From Pseudovirgaria hyperparasitica (lineage: Eukaryota): a stretch of DNA of 64,000 bases. The stretch is taken from assembly GCA_010093815.1 (NCBI GenBank), contig ML996583.1; one strand, 5' to 3'. The notes beneath the pieces were generated by a model that was given only the letters and a program-made list of their open reading frames with translations, made no database searches and had not been told where the DNA came from. Positions within the stretch are counted from its first letter, which is position 1; every line of letters starts with the position of its first letter. Made by a program: the position numbers and the translations under genes. This document shows, in pieces, positions 12,601 through 23,699 of the stretch.

Positions 12601-13360
12601 AGGTAACTAGCGCTGTGATGAGATGTTCGATAGGTTTCTTTATAAAATTTGATGTTGGGGTTTTTTTTGTTTAAATGTGGTGGTTGGTTGGGTGGTGTGG
12701 TGTGGTGTGTCGAGTTTGATGTGTGTTGTGCTATGCTGTGCTGTGTGTCGCATCGACCTTCTATACGCTGACTATGTACTGCAGCATACATACATAGACA
12801 CAGGTGCGAGTCGTTTTCCCAAGAAGCCTTGCAGGCTAGTAGAACAACTAGAATAGAACACCGCGGCGAGAAGGGTCCTTCCTCCCTTCCATCCATCCAT
12901 CCTTCCCTCCCGCGGTGCCAGCGATCTATCCTGACGTGTTCTGCACTGCAGTACTGCAGTGTGTGTGTGTGTGTGTGTGTGTGGCAGGATTATGTTTCTT
13001 TTCTCCTTTTTTTTTATCCCCCCCCCGGACCCAATGAAACCAGTAATTAGCACCACCGGTCCCTCCGGAGAAACAATAATAATAATAAAAATAGCAAGAT
13101 TTCGTAGTAGAACGTGTGAAGCCTCTGGAAAACAACAGACAGAAAAAAAGAACCCACATCCAACCACCAACCCACAAATCCTGTCATTTCGATTGGCTCC
13201 ACAGTGTCGAACCACGCGCGCCCCCGCCTGTCTCCTCTCTCCTCTCTCTCCTCTCTTATCTGGCGCGGACATGCGGGGCCCAGAATCCTGACGTGAAACT
13301 TTATCCCGTCGTACTGCTAATTATCTCCCTTCAATCTCTTCTCCTTCCCCTTTCTTCAAG
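9700..13360. repeat. Microsatellite/low-complexity island between convergent RPL28 and CNS1
   Basis: (TAGGG)n ~10434-10458, GT/CA tracts, a degenerate pentamer array ~10910-11290, an A-rich purine tract 11730-11910, AAGTCAY-like heptamers ~12195-12305, (CATC)n and (GT)n 12959-12982. Confidence 0.85.
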
Positions 13361-13464
13361 CCTGCGTGCGTGTGCGTGACGCTGCGCCGTGACAAAACCA
13401 GCACAAAGAAGATTTTTCCATCGTACGATGATTAGATGAGCGAAATCGCAGATATCGCAGTAGT

Positions 13465-13816
13465 ATGGTGACGAGTGGTGCCACCACTGTCCGACACAAG
13501 CTCCGTGCAACTTACCGAGATCACCCGTGTTTCAGGATCCCTGCAGTACCGTTGAATGACTGGGGAATGGAACTTGAGAGATGTTTAGGAGAGTCCGGGG
13601 CGCACGGTCTGCGCGCTACGCCATCGCAGCGAGACCCCGTGCGGCGACCCGAGCGTTTTTCCGGTCGCCGGCATCAATGCTGTGCGACGGAGACTCGGGG
13701 GTTATCCTGGCTGGAGCGTGGGGTGGGGGCCGCTTTGAGCAGGGAGATACCCGGAAGGTACCCGTAGGGCAGTGACACGGTTGGGGCGTGCGCAAGGCTT
13801 CGCGCAAAAAAAAAAA
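13465..13816 (+). ncRNA. Candidate structured non-coding RNA of unknown class
   Basis: Nested complementary segments: 13525-13530/13775-13780, 13538-13544/13739-13745, 13601-13607/13637-13643, a long hairpin 13648-13699, and a terminal hairpin 13789-13806 followed by an A11 run. G-U wobbles favour the plus strand. Confidence 0.3.
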
Positions 13817-13877
13817 TAGTAGTCGTTCGGAAAGTCGGAGTAATATGATGATGATGACAAGCTGTGAGGCCGAAGCT

Positions 13878-15186
13878 TCAGGCGCGGCGGGCCTTCCATT
13901 GCTCGATCCACGCCGGCGCGCGCGCTTTTGGCACAACGTACACGCGCAACATGCCGTCGACGACTTCGACTTTCCCGCCGGCGAGAATCTTTAGCAGAGC
14001 CACTTTTTTGCCTGCTTTTACGAGACCTCCGGTACATGTCTCGAAATAGCACTCGACGCTAGCGGGAGTGTATTCGCCCGCCTCGTCCCATGGTACAGGC
14101 AGGATGTAGCTGAGGTGCTGGCCGAGACTCTCGTCTTCTGCGAACACCTTGACGAAATCTGTCTGTGCAGTCAGGGGGTAGAGAATCACTAGAGGGAGCT
14201 TGAGCGTGCTCGAGGCGTCCGTGGGAGTGTCGAGGTGCATTGCTGCGTCTTCCATGTCGGGTGTCTGGCCAGTGCTGCGAACGGCAATGTTGCGTGCTTT
14301 AAGCGCGTGGGCTAGAGTTGCCGCTTCATTGCGAGCTCTGGTCTCGCGCGCTTCGCGGTCACGTATGAGTTTATCAAGATGTGCCTTGCGGGCCTTGGTC
14401 TTGGAGAGGACAAGCTCCAGGGAAGCGTTAGAGGGATCAAGGGCGAGGCCATGAGAGCACGCGTCAAGAGCCTCAGAGATCTTGTCCAGAGCAAGGCAGG
14501 CCTGAGCAGAGCGATAGAAGGCTTTGACGTTACGTGGATTGAGGCGAAGTGTGGAGGCACAGTCACGGATGCAGGAACCGTAGTTTTCTGCGTACGTGTC
14601 AGGAGCAAACTGGGATAAACGACGGCAGAGGTGAGGGGCTGTCAAGAGAGAATGCGGAATACGGACTCTTTTCCAGATTGCATAGTGCGCGATTAACGTA
14701 ACAGGCCTCTTCCATTTGCTTTTCTCTTGCCTCCTCTTCATCCAGATCGACCACGTTTGTTTCAATCTCCGGATCACCAGAGGGATTCCGGGGACCTCTC
14801 AGGGCTGTCAATGCCTTGTCGTAGTACTCTTTCGCATCCGACCAGCTCTTTGTCTTGGCACAATCGTTTCCTTGCTCTCTGAAGTTTGCTGCAATTTCGA
14901 CACGAGTGCCTTCATAGGCCATCGCCTTTAGCGCTTCAAGCTCCAGATTCTCGCCGCCTTCGCCATCCGTCTCATCTAGAGTGGTCATAAACAGAGGCAC
15001 CCGATTCATCAACTCCAAGACCTCGTCGGCGGTATGCTGCCGTACCGAAGCCATGCCTGGTGGCAGCGGCGCAGAGGGCTCACCTGGAGCGGCATGTTGA
15101 GTTTGGGCGCCAGGTTTCAGCGGGAAAGCTGGGATCTGTGCATAGGCAGACTCTGGAATGGCGTCTTGCTGATTGTTCAGCGCCAT
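13878..15186 (-). CDS. CNS1: Hsp70/Hsp90 TPR co-chaperone Cns1/TTC4, 409 aa
   Basis: MNRVPLFMTTLDETDGEGGENLELEALKAMAYEG, TPR motifs (NFREQGN, YVNRALCNLE, NPRNVKAFYRSA) and a C-terminal wheel-like domain. Intron 14588-14666. Confidence 0.92.
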
Positions 15187-17032
15187 GTGGTGGGACTGCT
15201 CACTCTTTTTGAGGTTTCTTGAGAATGTTGAAATTGAAGGGAAGTGTGAAACATGACGCAGCTGTGTCAAAATTCACTAGCGTGTGTGTCGCTGTCGTTC
15301 CTGGACACTAAAACCTCAGGTTCCAATGGGATTGGCCTGCTCGGAGCTCTATACCGTATTAGGCATTAGCGCCGGGGAATTTGCGGCAGGTTTCTTTTGT
15401 GGTAGCGTGCGGGGAGAATGCTAGGGGTCCCTGCTGTGACCTGTCGAGGCGGCTCGAGGCAGCTTTGGCCCCAGTCCAATACAGCAATATGCATATCGTG
15501 TTATCATTGCGCCCAACACCTTTGCCGTCGTCTCGTATCTAGATGCTCGGGTGCGACTGCTCGGACGAAGGAGGCCTCTACGCACGCGTCAAGATCTACA
15601 CTCTACACTCGGATCACTGGACAACGTTGCAACTGAAACAAACACGAAAGAAGGATTCGAGGTGACGACAGCTGTGGTCCACGCGGCGCGGCATCAATTG
15701 TTGAGATTACTTGACCTTGAGACGAGCAGATTACCATCGGTCGCCACCGTTCATCCCGTGTGCGCGATATAATGAAGAAGGATGCTGGGACGACAGTACA
15801 GGCTTAGTGATGCGAACCGTCGCTCTATTACAGGGCCAGCCGTATATGCACAACGGGCGGATTGTGAAAAAAGAGTATCGAAGGCACCAATGACATGGAC
15901 TCTGCGATGTGATAAATAAGTGAGACCCAGGCTGCTGGAGCCGACGTCGACCATCTTCCCATGAAAGCGTCCAAGGTGAGATTGGAGGATGTGATGGATG
16001 TGATGGGCTTGATGGCAAGCAAGCGAGGACTGGACGATGGATTGCCGGATTCTATAAGCAGCGTTTCACGATATCGAATCAATGACCAAAAGTCCACTTA
16101 TCCCAAAACGGCGTCGCGCAGGGCTCATGGCTTCGAAGCTGATCAGTCCACAGTAGTGATGGGTCAAGATTCGGGAAAACAGAACGAATGGACTGCCGTT
16201 GTTGCAGAGTCCCGAGACATGCGTCACAGCCAGATCAACAAAGAGAAGACGTAATTAGTGGATGATGGATGATGACCAAGAAGGATGACAGATGGGCACG
16301 GGGACAAGAGTCCAGACACCGACGCAAGGACCATAGTATAAGGTAGCAAGCAGTATACCGGTGTGGAAAAAGAGCAGCGATGACAGGACAGGCCCAAGGG
16401 AAATGCCGGGCAAAGGTGACGGCAGCCGTTGTAGTAATGTTGCACTTGGGGTGTGCTCGGGGCAGGGGGGAAGGCGGCGATAAAGGCAGGCCAAGACGGT
16501 TCGTGGCCGTTGGAGGATCGTGGAGCGAGTGCGAGCCGTGCTGTGCTGGCACTCCCGTCCTGCTTGTTCGACACTTGACAGCTATCTGCTAATGCCAATT
16601 ACGTGCAACGATGTAGGATATCATCAGTGGTGCTATGTTTATCTCTTCAGAGCACATGCTGCAGTGCACCATTGGCCAAGTTGGTACAGGAAGGTCTGAA
16701 GTGTCAATTGATGAAAAGATATACAGTATAATATGCAGCAGAGCTTTTTGCTCGTCACGTCAAGCGAGATGGGGAGGGAGGGAGGGGGGAGAAGCCCTGG
16801 GCTCATTCCCGCCCTCCTGGTCCCGGCTGCCACGGACCGTGGATGACTGTCAAGGCCCAAAAGGGGTTTCACAGTATCGGTCCTTTTTTCTTTTTGGAGG
16901 TTCGAGTAAGTAGGTCAAGAGTCAAGAGGTCGAGGAGCCTTGCATGAGAATAAGGTTGTAGTACCGGGATAAACCTGTTTTTCTCCAGCTTTATGCGATA
17001 GTCGTCACCTACGCTATGGAAGGTAGGTACCT

Positions 17033-17510
17033 GGTAGGAAGGTAGGAAGGTAGGAAGGTAGGAAGGTAGATAATTAGCGTGACGCGTGATGAAACAGTCG
17101 AGAGAGAGATGAGAGAGAGGGCGCGAGAGTGATGAGTCGAGGTCGGGGAGGAGGCGGGCCGGGCAGGTTGGTTAGTTAGCTAAGGACGAAATAGACCAGC
17201 CGATGAGGCGGCGGCCGGGAGACGGAGACGGTTATCTTGATGCTAGCTAAGATGACTGCTAAGATGAGTGCGTGTGCGTGCTAAGTTGTGTTGGTGGTGG
17301 TGGTGGTGGTGATGGAGATGGAGATGGTGGTGGTGGTTGGTGGTGCTTCGTCTTTTCCTCCTCGGTCGCTGGCCACCTTGCCTATATGACGGCACCAATG
17401 ACTTGTAGTATGCAGCCAGCCAGCCAGCCAGTGTATGCACTGCACTGCACTGCACTGCAGCCATCCAGCAGTCAGCAGCCAGCAGTCAGCAGCCAGCAGC
17501 CAGCACCTCC
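17033..17510. repeat. Short tandem repeats in the long CNS1 / PH-protein divergent intergenic region
   Basis: (GGTAGGAA)4 17033-17069, (GGT)n ~17292-17345, (GCCA)n, (GCACT)n ~17437-17458 and CAGCAGC-type units. Confidence 0.75.
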
Positions 17511-19166
17511 ACACTGCTGGTAATAATACATGATGGGTCAAATTTCCCTTTTTCCCCTTTGAAGCCATGATTGGGTGCGGGCGTGCGGCTTGCCCCGAAA
17601 CACAGGCTGGGTGGGGATGTTTTGGCGGTGCTGGCTGGTGGCCTGTTGCTACTTGTTAGCTTAGCCCCCCCTCTGCCTCCTACACTAGCTACCTACATAC
17701 TACATACTACCTCCACTACCGTCGCCGCAATACCCCCTAAATCTGGAGGGAAGCAGAAGAGTAAGAGTAAGAAGAAGACGAAGAAGAGCCAGGCGGCGGC
17801 GCGTCAATTAGGATAGACAACATGACCGTCGCTCGCTAGCTACTTTATGGCCAATACCGTCAGTACTCGACTGGCTAACTAACTATTCATCAGTCTGGCC
17901 CCCTCTCCCTCCCCCAAGAACAAAACTCCCCACTCGGCTTAACCAGCTATGGGTTAGACTGTCACTGTTCCTTCATAATTCCCCTGTTCCTGGCCGATGT
18001 TCCCCTTGTTCCTTGTTCCCTGTCAATTACCCCTTGGAGAAACCGACCCAGACTTCTTTCTCCCATCATTGCCACTAATTACTGTTCCTATCAAAATTAT
18101 CAAGGAGAGAGGGGGGGGGAGGGGAACACATAGACATGGGGCATGATGGGAGAGACTCATGTCCGACGCGAGGGTCCCCACTATGAATGAATTGGTGGAT
18201 CTTTTGCATGTAGATTCTCATCACCATGTTTTTTCTCTCTCTCGTTGTGCTCATCAGAGTCGTGCTGCTGTCGCTTCTTCATCACTAATTCCTCTCTCTC
18301 TACCTCTTTCACTCACTTACTCAATTACTACTCACTTGCTCACTCACTCACTCCCTCCCTCTCCTCTCTCTTCTCTTTGAACTACGCCCGGCTGCGAATC
18401 GTTCCAACGCTGGCTAGTTGTCTCTCCATTTCGCATCTCCTTTCCTATCTTGCATACACTATCAATTCGCCGACCACAACTACCATCTCTCTCTGCTTCC
18501 ATCCCCCTCCCCAAATCTTCAATTGAATCTTGGTACCTGGCTTAGGCTGGTGATCCAGAGAAAGAGAGAGAGAGAGATCTGAGCTAGGATTTGGGAAATA
18601 CCATCCCTGACGTTCGGACATTGCCAGCAGACAAAAGTAGGTAAGCAGCCGTGCACGTACGTACTGCGATCCATGGATATTCGATGCACTCCGACCTACC
18701 CACTATGCAGCCATTGCCTGCCATTCCACCTCACACACACATCTTCTCCATCCTCCATCCTGGTCACCTGTCACTTTGTCGCCAAATCCCCTGCCCCCGG
18801 TCGCCATAATACACAACGCTTCCTCGTCTGTACTAAAGCATATTCAGTTCCTACAATTCATGTCCAGCCCTACCGATATCCACTCGCTCTGTTGTGCCTC
18901 CTTCGACCCTCAATTCACTTCCGTCTGCACTCCATAATTGTCCTCCTACCAGTCCTACTCGTCACTTTTCTATACCCAGTCAGTACCATACCCTGCTCAG
19001 ACCAATTAATCTGCACACTCGCTCAAAGGCTTGTGCTAACATTCTTCTCAGTCATGTTATAGATTCATAGCTCTTTGTTTCAATCGTTGAGGGAAAACTT
19101 CCTCCAAGAGTCCGAACGCAGTGCTGGACACATCCTCTCTCGCTCACACACACGCACACACACACC

Positions 19167-22100
19167 ATGGACTACTTCTCAGAGCAAGATGTCCATCACA
19201 CTCCACACGCCGCTCTGCCAACTCCCTCCGACACGCCCTACCACACTCCCGTTCCTTCATCGAGGCGCTCCTCACGATTCGGCACTCCCTCACCTCTTCC
19301 TCTGTCGTCTTCGCCGCCACCACTTCCACCAGACCCTGCGAGCCAAGCAACAGATCCTGCAAATGACGAGAAAATTTCGATTCTAGATCCTCGCCGCTTC
19401 ACTCCGACTCTACACGCGAATCTTGTTTCCGAAATATTGACACTACGCCGGGAGTTGGACTCCAAGCATAGATACATAGAAGGCATAGAGACAGACTTGG
19501 AAGCTGCAAAAAGCGAGAACGATGCGCTCAACCAGGAGATATCGCAGCGCGATAAGAAGAATCGTTCTCTGAAGAGTCAATTGAAGCACTTTGAAGACGA
19601 AACAATGTCTGCCCTCGACCAATTAGCCAAGGAAAAGGAAGACATCACGGCCGCAAACCAGGAGTTAAAGACGAGGCTTGAAGCTTCACAGAAACGAGTG
19701 AAGATCCAAGACGACGAATCAGATCGCATTCATACCGAATGGGAGAGGGAAAAGGAGCAATGGGAAGGAGAGAAGCGCGTGTATGAGAGACGAGTGCATG
19801 CGACCGAGACACGTCTACGAATAGTTCTTGACGAGCTAGCTGCCCAACAGCCTGCAGAGGCACACGGTGACAGCGAAGCTGAAGATGCCACCATGGACAG
19901 TGGGCTTGGCAACGACAGCGATACTGCCAGCAATTACTCCAGGTCTGGCAGCCGCACTGATTCAATCACCCGCCTCTCCAAGCATGGCAGGACGATGAGC
20001 AACAGCAGCCACAAGAGCATCGGCCGCCTCTACAGATTCTCAACGCAGAGTATCAACGGCGTTGAATCTGTTCAAAAGGTCAATGGAATGAGTTTGGCAG
20101 ATGAACTAAAATTTGACGAGGAAGACGAAGATCTCGAGGAATTCGAGTTGGACTCTGACGACTTTCCGGAGCATGAAATGCGAGCCCGTCGGGCTCTGGA
20201 GTCACGACAGTCTACTTATCAGGATGAGAAGGCCAAGCGGATTCTGGGCTTGATGAACGACTCCAAGGCAGATGCGGATGTTGAACGTTCCAAATCCGTC
20301 GAGTCTGTCACCACGCGTGCGGAATCCAGGACGGAGTCGAGGACTGAAGTGAGAGCAGATTCTCGAATGGATCGAGTGCAAAGTTCCTTTGATTCTACAA
20401 ACGCTCGAGATTCGTGCGATGGCTGGCTACGGTACCGCGGTACACCTTCAACTGTCTACGAAGTCGAATCAATCGACACGACTGTGCCGAAGCCCCAGTA
20501 TGTGGACACTGGAGTCCAGTACTCGCCTCCGCCTTCACCGGTGTTGGCACCTGTAGACTCAAAGGATGCAGAGCCTGTTGTAGTTGACGAATCCTGCAAC
20601 GCGAACGAAGCACATGAAGTCGAGGCCAACCAACGCAGGAAACGCGTGTCGCTCGGTCCTCCAAACTCGACCGTTCAACAGTCCTCGGAGCCGATGCAAG
20701 ATGCAGCTGCTATGGTATCCAGTTCGATGCAAACCACTGATCATCCCCTCAGTCCTCCAGCCACTCCCAAGCTCGAGCAATCCCCGCCTCGTAAACTTGG
20801 TCTCCTCAAGACGAACGTGTCCACCACGGCTACACAAACTGATCCAGTGAACTTCGCAGACCAGTCCAAGGACGAAGTCTCGCACTCGAAGAGATCAGGA
20901 CCTCCGTCTCCAATCACAGTTCCTTGCATCGTAATCTCGCCCACGCTTTCCGCTCCTTCATCACCGAGACAGGCAGTTCTGCCACCAAACACCCGAAACA
21001 TCGCCGTCCAGGCATCCTTTGTTCATTCAGTCCCTATGAGGTCGGTTTCAGTACAGACTGAGTCCATCAGGTCAGCTACACGGTTTGCAAAGCTACCCCC
21101 CCACCTGCTGCCATCTGCAATCCGCTCTACGCCTGGTACTCCCGAGCCAGGGCAAGAACCTGACAACAAGAGCAGGTCTGAGCTAAGCCAGGTGTCAGAG
21201 AAGCTTCTCGGCCGTGTTGCTCTGCTTCGAATGGCGCATGAGGGCGCTTCAGATCCACAAAAGTCCGATGACACGAAAACAGAAAATAGATATCCTGGCA
21301 ATAATGATAATGGTTTTATTGTTCAAAACAAAGGAGAGGGCATAAGGAGGCCTTTCCGGACCAGCAGCTTATTCGCCGGTTTCACTGGGGCCAGCTCCGA
21401 CGAAGATGAGGACCGGGGAGACGCCAGCGACGAGGAGAGCAAATCGTCTTTGCGCTCAACAACCACACCTGGCAACCGGGCTCTCAAACATGGGCGACCG
21501 TTTGGTACTCCGCCAACACCGGTTCCTGAGGAAAATGAAAACTTGTCGAGGTCGAATTCCAAGGACCTGTCAGGGACCAGCCCACGTGCTTCTGTCGAGA
21601 AGCAAGCAAAGATTGTCAAGCCCTTGCAACGTTCGTCCAGTAGCAAGCGTCTATCTGGCAGCATACGGCGATCTGCACTCATTCATAGTGGCAATGCAGT
21701 GCACATGCAGCGCTCTCGAAGTCCTAGTTTAGGCAGTACTAATTCTGGCGATACGCGCCGCTACGTCACGAAGCCTCCATTCCCAGTCCCAACAAGGTCA
21801 AGCTCACGTCGCTTGCCGATGAGCAAAAGTGAGGGTTCCCAAAGTCCAACACATCGACCAAATGGTGCAATGCCAGGCCGCCTCGGCGGATACAAGAAGC
21901 ATGCTAGACAGGACAGTCTACGTAAAGTTCGCTCAGCTGCTGTCATCCAGAGAGGTGCTCGTGTCAGGAGTCGCTCACCACCACTATCTGCCCAGCCATC
22001 GGAATCCTCTCAAATTCCCCCAATGCCAAATGACGTCGTTGCTTCTCCTCAATTATCATTCTCGAACTCCAAATTCGGCCACAAGGCTGACCACTCGACA

Positions 22101-23337
22101 AACACGATTCTCACTGGCAGTGGCTCCGTCGGCAGTTCGGTGCAGTCCAATAGCGTTGTAGATGCGATAGCAGCCACGATGGTAGGAGAGTGGATGTGGA
22201 AATATGTTCGGAAGCGAAAGTCCTTTGGTGTCACTGAGTCGCCCAATGATATAGCAGACGACGGGAATGGCGTCAGGCACAGACGCTGGGTATGGCTCTC
22301 ACCCTATGAACGATCTGTAATGTGGAGCAGCAAGCAGCCAACAAGTGGAACGGCTCTGCTGGGCAAGAGCGGACGCAAGCGTACGTTCACACAAAGGACC
22401 TGGAGAGATACTGAGCTAACAACCCATAGTTACCATTCAGTCCGTACTTGACGTGCCAGACAATGCTCCGCCACCAAAGATGACATCGGGACAGCAAGTC
22501 TTTAACCGGTCAATCCTGATTTTGACTCCGGCACGCGCCCTGAAGTTTACCGCTGTATCCAAGGAACGGCACTACCTTTGGCTGACTGCTTTATCTTTTC
22601 TTGCCTCTTCCGGCAACGGCCATCACGAAGTGGAAACGTCAACCGTCGCAGATTCGACTCCACCACCAATCCCCACACGGGCACCACCGGAGATTCCGAA
22701 GCAACAGGGATCGGTCGCAGTACGCCGACCTCATATCCGTGACTCGGTACGTCTAGCGAAGGAGAAATCACAACCTTCGATGCACTCTGGGGCATATGTC
22801 GAGCCTATCCAAGAATACTATTCCTCGAGGGCCAGCCCATCCATTTCCGATGCGGCATTGCCACCTTGCGTACCTCGCTATGGACATGGCCGCAAGAGAA
22901 GCGCTACAGGACCTCGCATCCCGCCGCCTCCTATCAACACATCTTTTCGCAGCTTTTCGAGCAACCAAGTACCGCAGATTCACTCGGCTGGTTTACAGTC
23001 TACGGCTTCTTCAGAGTACTACGCCGCTGCCTCGGCTCCTTCTTCGATCTACAGCCCGCAAAGTGTGGTGACGAGCGGTCGACCGTCGGAGTCCTCGACG
23101 ATTGCCCACCACAACTTCTTCGATGCAATGGGAACCGTCCGAATGGAGGCGTTCGTTGCAGAGACTACGCGACCGAACGGTGAAGAGACAACTCTGATTT
23201 CTTCAATGTGGGGCAACGGGCGCAAGCCAATTGGCAGAAAACGCAACAACAGCCAGTGGAGCAGCAGCACCAACGAGGGCCACCGAATGCTCGAAGAACT
23301 CGGATACGACCCCCATGATCCATTCAGGGGATTTTGA
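19167..23337 (+). CDS. Coiled-coil protein with a C-terminal Num1/Mcp5/ApsA-type PH domain, 1373 aa
   Basis: N-terminal coiled coil after RRFTPTLHANLVSEIL, an S/P-rich middle and PH motifs GEWMWKYVR..RHRRWVWLSPYER..SILILTPARALKFTA..WLTAL. Intron 22381-22429; probable 5'UTR intron 18641-19062. Confidence 0.85.
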
Positions 23338-23699
23338 GCAGTCAATTGCGCAGCACTGCAGCCTACGTTCATTTACGAGTCCAGTCACTAGCCAAACGCT
23401 TCCTATCTTTCCTTTGCTCTCTCTCGTTTATCCGCCCTACAGGGCGCACCACAAACCTAATTTCCTTTTTCCTGTACAATCATCAGGCCTACCAGCCAGC
23501 CAGCCAGCGTCCGCCTTTTTTTTTCGCCTCTTCTGCGGGCCACGATACCCTTTCTCTCGTTAAATTTAGCTGCCTGTCTGGCTGTCTGTATTATGAATCT
23601 TTTTTCTCCCCCGAGCATTCGAACGAACCGAAAAAGTGGCTAGACAAAAGTGTCCCCCCCCCTTATTAGCGTTCACGTGCACACATTGTAACCTGTCTG

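Noticed and set aside
13204..13213. GGTTCGACAC B-box/T-loop-like motif on the minus strand
   Set aside because: No cloverleaf or A-box around it, so it is not a tRNA.
10189..13379. Many 60-166 aa ORFs in the first repeat island (likewise 24372-27297)
   Set aside because: Translations simply mirror microsatellites (poly-CV, YY, HP, K); there are no domains or gene structure.
13509..13752. U1-like words ACTTACC and GCAGGGAGATACC
   Set aside because: Wrong spacing, no U1A loop and no Sm site.
15961..16254. 97-aa ORF MKASKVRLEDVM
   Set aside because: No recognisable motif or supporting gene structure; cannot be distinguished from chance.
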